DNA of 64,000 nucleotides from Bugula neritina (Eukaryota > Animalia > Bryozoa). The stretch is taken from NCBI GenBank assembly GCA_964035545.1, contig OZ037771.1, positions 1,685,628-1,749,627 on the forward strand. Reading direction: 5' to 3'. The position numbers were made by a program, and so were the translations under genes. Below the pieces are notes generated by a model that was not told the origin of the DNA, did no database searches, and saw only the letters and a list, made by a program, of their open reading frames with translations. This document shows, piece after piece, positions 12,201-22,637 of the stretch. Each line of letters begins with the position of its first letter. Within the stretch, counting starts at the first letter, position 1.

Positions 12201-13560
12201 AAGACGACCCCGGTCAAGGTCAAGTAGCCCCGTCAGGTACAAACAACTCCTAATAAAATATGTAGCCAGAACAGCTTATTGTCTGAATCGGTGTGAATTT
12301 TAGATAGCCTAGACCTAGGCCAAGATTTGTGTGACAATTTAGTATATAGAGTCAAGAATATGATTTATTTAGTTTTTTTACATAACCACACACAGGTTTG
12401 CTTTGGCACGTAGCAGAAGTCGATCCCTTAGCCCACTCAGGTAACCTACCATCTCAGTTCAGATCTGGTTTTGTCTCTACCTATCAGCATTGAGTGACAA
12501 TTATTATGCAACACACCATTTGTCATCAACAAAGTTTTGTGGACTATATATGCTCACATGGTTCAATAAAAGCTATTGGCCTTCTGTAGTAACAGTATAT
12601 TAAAATAGTGTTGCAAAACTGGTTTAATGGTTCAACTTTTCTGTTCATAAAATATTGCCATGTGAGCAAATTATATAGTGCCATAAAATAAGCAAGTAGA
12701 ATGCGTAGAAGTGACAGTATAGTCGGTATACCGTATAGTAGTTTCTGTCAGTTGTCATTCATACTTCAGCCTAGTAACCTTGAATCACTCAACAAAATCT
12801 AAACACTTACGCTAATTTCTGTACTCCTGCACTAAAGTTTTATTGCACTAGTTGGCGATTGCTGTTTTTGTGGCTCACTTGAATGTATTAAAAGAGATTT
12901 GTAAGTCATACATACATGTGTAATAACTGATTATATATGTATTATTGTATATAATATGTTACAACACTCTATTTTGTATATATTTCAATACAAGCGATCT
13001 GTGCTTGAGTCAATGCCAACACTGTTCGTAGGTCACTGAGCCCTTCAAGAGCAAGAAGCAGGTCACCTAGCCCTAGACGATTCACTGGTAGATCTACCAG
13101 TCCTATAGGTATGTTTAATTTTTTCTATTCTAGATGAAAATTTTTTTTAGAAAAATTATCATCTGCCACTTAACAATAGAGTCTTGTTTCCACATTATAT
13201 AGGTCTAATCCGTCTGCCAACTCCAAAAAGCGAAAGAAATTCCAGTGTTGCTGGTTCTGATAGAACCGGATCAACTCTTCGAGGAATGAAATATTAAGAT
13301 TTTGATTTTAGAATAATAACTAATTGTTTCACATTGCTAAAACAAAGTCCCCTAGTATTATACAATAAAATGCTTAGCCTGAGTGTCATGTTACATAGTT
13401 GAATTTGTTGTGGCAAACTGCTGATGGGTGCATTTTGATGCAGATAACCTGTGGGCTTGTGTGAAGATACATAGAGTTAATCTACTCACTTCATTTTTTA
13501 GTTCGTAGATCTTTAAGCCGCAGCAGCTTGAGATCAAACAGTAGCCTGTCACACTACTAA
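3288..13560 (+). CDS. SPATA18: Mitochondria-eating protein (Mieap)
   Basis: Exons 3288-3374, 4230-4335, 7357-7484, 7632-7726, 7961-8056, [9035-9217 or 9419-9541], 10082-10156, 10592-10805, 10963-11121, 11436-11611, 12066-12236, 12396-12440, 13032-13108, then last exon 13203-13297 or 13502-13560. N-terminus MADSLRRLVNIGSFATLQDKLDRWL..KVQGQLF..AIKSRLIPYL. C-terminal domain ..KYRRSYDSEYSAPLVNHHIFPCLMQG..VKGEACTRR and an RSRSxSP tail match Mieap as I recall it. Confidence 0.93.
7846..7962 (+). repeat. About 27-bp tandem repeat carrying copies of the TGTAG|AT acceptor of SPATA18 exon 5
   Basis: tgtagat at 7848, 7873, 7900, 7927 and 7956; unit gctgtagatcacacctgtgaaatatgt. Confidence 0.85.
13364..13369 (+). 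terminator. Candidate polyadenylation signal for the proximal last exon of SPATA18
   Basis: AATAAA about 67 nt after the TAA ending at 13297. Confidence 0.45.
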
Positions 13561-14337
13561 CTGACAGCTCACTGCAGGTGCTTGCTACTGAAGCAGGTGC
13601 TTGTCAGTGTCATGGTAACATTTCGAATGGGCAATTCTTTTCTTTCCCCTTACTTTGAATTGATCTCTTGCTTAACAAGCCACCAGAATTGCTCTGTTGT
13701 GTGCCTTGAACACGGTTTAATCTAACAATTTACTAGTTTCTATAAGTTTTCCACTTAATTATTATAAATATTGTGTTTCCATAGGTAGAAGATACTAACA
13801 CCCTATCAGTTCTCTCTACTTAAGACTCTCTGCCAAACAACTCTTTCTTTCACCAGCAACAACTTCCCATCCTGATTTTAACATATTGTAACACCTTAGC
13901 TAAGAGGACCTAGATTAGTGTGGAATATGATTTGCAAGTGCGAATAATTCTTTAGATTCCCAACTAATGATTTGCAGTGCTATTAATTACCTAATCATTA
14001 TTCTGTCATTTAGCTTGTATAAGTATGTAGAATGCTACTGAATCCGTCCTGCAGATTACCTTTTACGAGTGAAACCTGCTGCTCAATATGATTTAAGACT
14101 ATCAATTCTTTAGATATTGTGTTTTCATATCTATGCTCATCTATTTTTATAATGTGTCTGCTTTTGCATGTACTTCTATGCACACCGACTGTTGTAGTAG
14201 TTTTGTGATAGACTAAATTGTGATACGAAAGGTTATTTTCTTAAGTTATATTATCAAACTTTGTCATTTGAGTGATTTGTGAGTGTAACGGATATATATA
14301 TAGACATGTATATTTTTCCAATTATCTTTAGATGTGA

Positions 14338-14343
14338 AATAAA
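14338..14343 (+). terminator. Candidate polyadenylation signal for the distal last exon of SPATA18
   Basis: AATAAA about 780 nt after the TAA ending at 13560, shortly before the convergent TRUB2 stop. Confidence 0.4.
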
Positions 14344-14483
14344 ATATTGATATAAAAATCAACATCAAATTTTCAAGTTATAAAAATATATAGCTAGACA
14401 AGATTGTCTAAAATATCCAATTCAAGTAATATATACACTTTTGTACAGTTGTTGTTGTAACAAGAGTCATCTACGGCAGCTTT

Positions 14484-17400
14484 TCAATCTGCAGCAGAGC
14501 CCTTTAGTAAATTGTGTTTGTTCTTTGTGGACTCTGCCAGTTGATTGGCTCGGTCGAGCATAGCTAAGGCGGTGATTGGTTGACACGTTTCAATGTTACC
14601 AATAATGCTGCTAGAATCCCATTGCAAGTGCGTCAACGCGTGGGAGACATCAAAGTATCCGAACCTCAACCTTCGCAGTTTATTGCACACGGCGCCGCAA
14701 CGCAAGTCAATCCCCAAATCATGTATGAATCTTGCAAGTGATAGCCCAGTCTCATTTACACACGTTATTTCTACAAAACAATTTCACGTGGAGCCATGGC
14801 TATGTGATGAATGAAAATCTTTTATAGAACCAAGACTATGTTATAAATAGAACTAGAATCAAGGCGATATTATAAACAGAACTGGTTTCATAATCACAAA
14901 CATTTTTAAATTTAGGACTATTAATAGAGAATCTTCACAAATGCTGAGAAAAGCTGTTTAAGTTTAATCAACAAACAATAAAATACTTCATTTATAAATT
15001 AACAAACAAGGATTGCGTCTAGTAATGATTCTATCCCGAAACTCTTTTGGAATGTAATACAAGCTTACCAATCTGCAGTTCAGGGGGAGAAAACTCCACA
15101 GGTTTAACGCTGTATATAATAGTCTGTGTTCCAGTGTTACTATACTCCGGTCTTAGCATACCCTTACTAGCCAACTCATAGGCCTCTTGAGTCTGGAGGT
15201 CTACACCGGCTAAACTACAATACAACAATATAATATTATACAACGATAATTTATTATAATATAATTTATAATTATATAATGTATTATAGTATAACATCCT
15301 GTATTACATTGTAATGATACAATACATGTGCTATATTATAATAGTATAATGTATTATAATATAATGATATAAGATATTACATAACAATATTTTTATAATT
15401 ATATTATATTTATTATATTATATATTATTATATTTATTATATACGTAATTAAATCAATATTTTGTTAAGAACACAACTCATCACAATTAGGGAATCCCTC
15501 CAATATCTTTTCTATTAATGCTAGACTCTGAGGCAGAAGTGTATTAATATCGGCAAAGTCAAGGCCACTAAGAGGTCATAAAATACTCACTCAAACTGTT
15601 GTTTGCAGTGAGCAGCCTGTGCACCAGCTAATACTCTGTCCACCATAGCCTGAGTCACGTGTTCTACAGGTAAACACATTCAATAGGTAGCAGTAGTGAA
15701 ATGTAAACTCACTACCTCTTGGCTATTAGTTCCATTAGGGTAAAATTAATTATTGTAACTGGTAGTATTAGTGAAGCACAAAGCCATGAGAAAATACTTT
15801 AAGAATAATGGCATAAATATTATGTATTTTTATTTAAATAGATTGTCACGATAAACTTTTAAAAAATTCACATGTTTATACATTTACAACCTAAATTATA
15901 AAAAGTATGGTTCAATTTGACCTAATACTCTTTAATAATTTAGTTATTTAAGATAAATGTTGATAAAGATGATAATAAATAAAACTTACTAATTCTAACT
16001 CTCTCCAAGACATTGCCGTGGGGTAAGTAATTATCTGTAGCAATACCTAGAGTCATAGTGGCTCTGTAGACCTGCAAGGAGAGAATGGATTGAACAGCGA
16101 GTACACAACTCTAGTTCTTATAAAATAAACAATATAGAAGGTTCTAGCAATAGAGGTAAGTGTATTTTGGGGGTTCGAAAAGCTTTATCACAGTAACTCG
16201 GGTGTTATGCATAAAAAATAACTCCATGAAACTGATGTATTTCCAGCTACGCAAAATCTTAAAACATGGAGTTATCATCTCCTCTCAGCTCTACTCCATA
16301 TATTAATCCTACTATTCTCTCGCTCCCCATGCGCCATCCAAACTCCTCCCCCCTAGTCAATGTAGAGATGTGAACGACAAACAGCTGGCTAAGTATTATA
16401 AAAAGTCACATAACCTCTGTTTGGAGAGGGAGAGGACAATTTCTTAAATGGAGCCCAGTATGGAAGAGTTTAAATTACTAATACTGTTGAAGCAACCAAA
16501 ACTTACGATACTGGCACATACACTAGAAGATACTACATTTAAATTTTAACTGAATAATTTGAAGTTGTCTCATGGAATAGGAGAATGCTTGCATTAAATA
16601 GCTGGTTATTCCGGTTATTTTATTAATTACTTTTTTCTTCTCCTGGCATAAGTTTGAAAACAGAATAATAAGAATGGATAACTTACTCTGACAGGATTAC
16701 TCATTCGAATCACATTGAGTGAAGATTTGGATGCTTTGCCAATCGCCACAGCTACCAGTGTAAACAAATATATCAAGGTCAAGGTCAACCAGTGATAAAG
16801 TTAAACTTCAAGTAAAATGACTGATAGATGTCGCGACTTTTCAGCTGATTCAAGGGTTGGAGAAGTACACTTACGCAAGACTCCAGAAGAGAAGGTTGAG
16901 AGAGTATCAATAGGCGTCACCCAAACATCTTGAGGCCTCCATAAATCACCCAGCACTGAAGTACAGACAACTCCAACATAGAAAAAAGCCACAGCTCACA
17001 ATAGTAAACTTAGTACAATATTTTTATTTAGTAAAGTAATAAAATATACATTTTTCTTGAACCTAGTTTCATACATTGGTTGTTTAATGAAATTAGAAAT
17101 ACTTCACTAAGTCATGTCTGTAGATTAAAGGCTATATATAGTAAATCTATAGTCAATTCCATCTGAGGGCAGACAACTCTTACTAGCTCACCTAGAGGAT
17201 GAAACTGTACATCTTCTGCCTCCATGTTTACAGGAGAATCCTTCTGAGCGATTCTTGTTACTTCTGAATATTTTTGTGACACAGCAGAAAGATTATCGTC
17301 TTCTTTCTGCTCCAGCGACTCGGAGTGAGGCACGCCTCTTTTTGACAAATTTCGGTGACTGTATGAAGGTAAGTACTGAGTCACGGTGCTCTTCGCCAAG

Positions 17401-17723
17401 CTATGCTGAGTCATAACTTTCGCTTGCGTGTTTGTTAATGGATATTTACACAACTCTTCAACAGTAAAATTAACAAAATATGTACTTAAAAAGTAAACCT
17501 AAAACAATATTTTAAAATAGCAATTAATAAGACATTATGACAAAAATAATATGTTATTAAAATTAGTTTCTTTTAAGAAAATATAATACAATATAATATT
17601 ACCTTTAGACAAATTTAACCGTAAAGATTTCATCAACTGATCCGTGGAAATGTTTAGAGGTTTATAAACACAAAAAATTCCTCGGAGAGTGCGATAAACA
17701 TTGGAAGAGATTGGTTCCGCCAT
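14484..17723 (-). CDS. TRUB2: Mitochondrial TruB-family pseudouridine synthase 2-like protein (about 372 aa)
   Basis: Exons 17723-17603, 17455-17192, 16955-16875, 16751-16687, 16071-15990, 15663-15591, 15214-15069, 14770-14484, all phase-consistent. Motifs LRGIFCVYKP, HPLVLG, LGIATDN, VDLQTQEAYELASKGMLRP, IHDLGIDL..AVC..LRRLRFGYF..AL...QW match TRUB2. Confidence 0.92.
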
Positions 17724-18221
17724 TTCTAACTTTGGTATGCTTCGCTACTACATAAAAATAAAGGTGCACCTGCAAACACCAAGAGTACATATAAAACTCC
17801 ATTAATCATAAAATTGTGAAAACCATATAGACCTTAATTGCTTTTATACCTTCAAAATATTTTTCTATTTTAAAATTGTAAACAATACATGTAAAATTCT
17901 CATAGTTTTATTGTGTCACCAATCATCTTAAATTTTTGGACAGACTCCGAATAATTATATTTAAAAAATCCGCTGCCTTCAAAAAAATTCAAGAGTTCAA
18001 TATTTAAATAAAGAGTTAGTGCTGTATGCGGTTGTTAATAATGATGTTGTTAAAATCTGTAAAACAAAAAACTCATTTATAAAATTATTACAACTATATT
18101 TATTATCATACCCACTATAGATCATTGGTTATTGATTCTAATCATAGTGTTTTAACACAAATGTTCAAACTTTAAAGTTTAGACGAAATTAAAACAGTCT
18201 CACGATTTGATTGACAATTAG

Positions 18222-18256
<35 letters not shown>

Positions 18257-18750
18257 GGCTTATGCGTTGGTACTTTCAATTGTCAATGTCATTGAGTAGT
18301 TATAACTAAGTTATGGTTATAATAATAAATATGCTTATGAAATTGGGGTATGATGATGACGATGATGATGATGATTATGGTCATCATGATGATTATCTTA
18401 TTACTTATTAGCTATTACTAAATTACTATTAGTAGCAGCAATCATAGCAATTAAAATGTGACTATCGAAAAGTTTCGCCGGAACTTTGGAATAAGCAATA
18501 TCTAATGTCCTCGCTGAAATAGTAGTGGTTTTTCAGCTCAGTGGGATTCATCCCTCCCAAAAACGGCATTAGCATAATTTTTATATTTTTACGTTTTCAG
18601 TAACATAGCAATTTTGATCAGTGATTGAAAATTTGTGTGGTTATTTTGATCTCTTCTCTAGCGTTTCATTATCAATTAATATAACTAGTATTTGTTACTA
18701 AAATTTGAGGCTTCAAAAGGAATCGTACCTCGCAAAACAAAGTCAGTACC

Positions 18751-18763
18751 GTCACTAAGCAAC
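18751..18763. promoter_or_regulatory. RFX X-box-like motif upstream of LRRC43
   Basis: GTCACTAAGCAAC fits GTNRC-N(0-3)-RGYAAC and lies about 107 nt before the ATG. A weaker GTAACATAGCAAT is at about 18600. Confidence 0.45.
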
Positions 18764-18869
18764 AAGTAAGAGCACGAGTCTGCGAAGTCGCTCTCAATAC
18801 AAAATATCCTATAAAGACAATCACAATGAGTGGGTAAATTTGTGTCTAGTTGTTATACAAACTTTAAAA

Positions 18870-21165
18870 ATGACTACAGTCACAGACGCATTTCAGTCCT
18901 TGCTAAAAACTTTGTGTCTTCATGAATTTCCTTGCGGAAATGGTTCTTGGAGAAAAAAGGCAACTGTCAAGAAGATACCACTCAATTATGGGAAAAAAGT
19001 GATAACAATGGTAGATGCAACAGAACCCCAGTTTTCCACAACACTCAAAGATTATGATGCTGCTAAATCTCACATTGAAACGTTACAAGAATTTGTATCA
19101 ACAAAGCATTCACCTTGGACATTTGATTACAGTTGGAGTGATGAAGCCAAGTCACTTCGAGAAATTGCAGTCAAGAAGCCGGAGTTGATCAATGATAGCT
19201 TTGTGCACCAGCACTTCATTACAATCAGGCTGACTGACAAAAAAATTGAAGATGTGGATGAGCAACTGCTAAAATTTGCAAATCTAGAATATCTCACACT
19301 GAGTGCTAATTATATAAAAAATGTAAACTCAAAGAATTTACCCAGAAAACTGTTAAGCCTCGAGCTGAACTCGAACCTAGTTAGTGAGTTGTTCTCTCTT
19401 TGTGTAGATCCTCCAGCTCTTGTACATCTTGGTTTGGGAAACAATTGTCTTACATACGTAGATGATTATTTATCAGGAGATCATTGGCCTGCGTTACTTT
19501 CTCTTGATCTTAGCTATAACAATCTCACAGATCTTCCCGAAACCTTACGAAAACTAAAGACGCTGCCGAACCTACGAAATATTATTTTAATGGGAAACCC
19601 GTTAATGCTGACTCCAGGCTACAGAGGGTTTGTAATTGACAATTTGAAGACAATAGATTTATTAGACGATGTGCGAATTGAAGCCGATGAACGTCATCGC
19701 TTTACTCAAATGTCTGGTCTCACAGAACACGAGCTCTGTCAATGCAAAATCACTTTTTCTGTTGGTCAAATTAAAAATGTTCCAAAACCAGCAGAATTAG
19801 AACATCCCGATGAGCAGCCAGAGTTTCCTATTATTACAAGGAATTATTATCTTGAATTTCATTACATCGGTGAATCACAATCTCACGCTGATGTGTTTGC
19901 CATGGGCCAAGATGGCGGCCTGGATTTTGATCCATTTGCTAATATTGGAAGCGGAGCTAAAAGAGGTGGCCTCAGTAGCATATCTGGTCCTGCTCAGAGT
20001 GGACGGGACGAGCTTGAGACACCCATGTCTCTGGCAATGTCGGACATGCCTCAACCAGCACCAGCTGACTTTTCTGCAGACGCTAATCAGGAAACCTTTT
20101 TCACAGCATTAGAAGAAAGTGTTCAACAACCGCCTAAAACTGCAACTAATATTATTAGGTAAGTTTTTACTTTATTGTTGTAATAAGTCTACTTTAAAGG
20201 TTGTTAGTCAGGTGTATGCCAGTGTTTGTATTATATTACAGGTCTAACAAGGGGCAATGGTCAAGTGATATTGAATTAAACTGGTCCAAAACAACTAAGA
20301 GAGAAGATTTGCTGGCTGTCAGAGATTTCTTAAAGATTCCAACAAAAATAGAGGTATTTATTAGTTCCTTTTTGGATTACAGACATTTTGCAAATGTAAA
20401 TATGTGCTCACATGTTTACATCAAATATTGTTGTTACTGAGAAAAGAATTGTGTAAATTTCAATGTATTGGATATTATTAGTTAATTTAATGGTAATTTT
20501 ATTTTTATAATACTAAAAACAATATTTATGGTAATTTTTAAAAAGCAAATGCTTACAACTGTACAAAGCAATATGTTGAGAAATTTTTACAATATATTTT
20601 AGTTGACTCAAAACTTTATTTATTTCCACAAAATCTACTCATCTAAATATATATTCTAGCAGTTCACAATGTCCAATAAATATTAGTGTGAGTTCTCTTA
20701 TGCATAACCAGGTTTTTGAGGAGACGATACTCAGTTTCCCTAAAGAAGATGCTGAATCGGAGAAGCAGTCGAGTGCAAAGAAAAAGAAAGAAGAGCCAAA
20801 GAAAGAGGAAAAGAAAGGAAAGAAGAAAAAGGAGTTGGACCATGACAGCATGCGTCATGAACCCCCTGAGTACAACATCATGGCTTCCTTTGATATCGAT
20901 CTTTCAGAATTTCTGAGCGGAGAGTCTGAGTTCTCGAAAACCCTCTCGAAAGTGGGAGTCCAGGTATTCGTCTCAAACCTTATGACTGTTATTGCTCATG
21001 ACTTGAGTTTACCAGTGAAGTTCTATAATTATAATATTTATATTTACTTATTTCATCTTATACATGCTACTATATTATATATATAGTTTATATGTTGTAT
21101 TACTTTAGGTGTTTTGTTATGTTACATGCTATAATATGTTACAAGTTGTATTATATTATATTTTG

Positions 21166-21229
<64 letters not shown>

Positions 21230-21906
21230 TCTTTAATGCCACATTATATAAAATATGGTTTTTATATTAAATTATATTATTATATCATAATTTTTATCTT
21301 TGAATGCCCATCTGAATGAATTAAAGCACCAATTTAAATTCATTTACCTATATTTTATTCTGCCTTGCTACTAAATATTAAACTTTTCCAGAGTCGATTG
21401 CCAAGCAGCATTTCTCAAAGGCCAGAGTCAGAGGGAGGTAAGAAGGGTCAAGGTCGTGTCAAGTCCGGTGACAAAAAAGAAACCAAAGGTGTCAAGGACT
21501 CAAAAGCCGCTGATGCCAGAAAGAAAAGCGGGAAAAAAGAAGGTGAGAATATCTTAACAAAAATTTCTGACCAGCTGTGAAAAGTCCTAATAATTAGCAA
21601 ATAATAATTAAAATAGCAAAAATTAATAAGTAAGTACAATATTTCAGATTTAGGCATTGCTAGTCGTGGTTGGTTACACTGTGTCTAGCACTAGCCCTGA
21701 TTTACTACACTGTGTCTAATGCTAGCTCTGATTGGTTACACTGTATCTAATGCTAGCTCTGATTGGTTATGCTCATAGGGAAAAAGAAGGAGTTACAGGA
21801 AGTAGAAGCTGATCCTCTTGAACCTCCTCCACCTCTTGAAGTTGATGTGACTATCCGGATGCACAGGTGGAACTCTACTGGTGACTCTGTGATAGCAGAA
21901 GAATGA
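18870..21906 (+). CDS. LRRC43: Leucine-rich repeat-containing protein 43-like (about 643 aa)
   Basis: Exons 18870-20158, 20242-20353, 20712-20963, 21392-21542, 21779-21906. LCLHEFPCGNGSW N-terminal motif, LRRs (LEYLTLSAN, LVHLGLGNN, LLSLDLSYN), LRR cap GNPL..PGYRGFVIDNL..LDD, Lys-rich tail and terminal PPLEVDVTIRM. Confidence 0.85.
21168..21226. repeat. (TA)n microsatellite in an LRRC43 intron
   Basis: Pure TA run. Confidence 0.95.
21658..21772. repeat. About 30-bp tandem repeat (about 4 copies) abutting the last LRRC43 acceptor
   Basis: Unit approximately gctagctctgattggttacactgtgtctaat; ends just before the AG at 21777-21778. Confidence 0.85.
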
Positions 21907-22637
21907 AGTCATCTGATTGGTTACTCTTATGTGAAGCTAATTCTCATTGGCTACTTAATTACTGAATGCGACCTTTGATTGGTTACAGCAACTGTTGCAT
22001 GCATTATTAATTCATGTGATCATGATTCTAAATTGTTTATTATTGATTGAAAACAGTTTAAATTTACAACCCAGTTCCTCTATGTTAACTTGAAGAGGAA
22101 TTATTTAAGACTATCTGCTTAAACTGAAGTAATATAGATTGTTGAGCTTAAACATGTATGTTCACTGTATGTAGTGCTTATTAATTGTTGAAAGAATTCT
22201 GATATTACATTACTTTCAATGCAATAATTTCTGCCATCATGGAAGAGTTTATATATGGATAAATTTATATATAATATAATTTTATTTGATATATTTTGGT
22301 TGTATTGTGAACAACTTTTAACAGATAAGCAATAGGAAAGCACTATTTCTCGCGATTTCAATTATTTGTATTGCTTTGATTAAATAGTTGCCCTCAATTA
22401 TACAAAAAGAAGCAAATGCTTTAGAATTAAGGCATAATCACAGCACAAAAAGTAAGGATGGACTATAGATTAAATTAGTGATTGTCTTCTCGTGTTTTGA
22501 TTGGCGCTACATACTTTAGAAAACCTTCCCAGAGAAAATTTTAGTTCATAGTCTAAAGTCTAGAGATTGTTTGAAGAGGTAACCTGCATTATTGGAAAGA
22601 TAACTTCCTTATGTTCTTGTCTACTGTGTGCCGCATT

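Noticed and set aside
16218-16276. Inverted repeat ataactccatg...catggagttat in a TRUB2 intron
   Set aside because: Only an 11-bp stem with no second copy seen in the window, so it cannot be assigned to an element or RNA.
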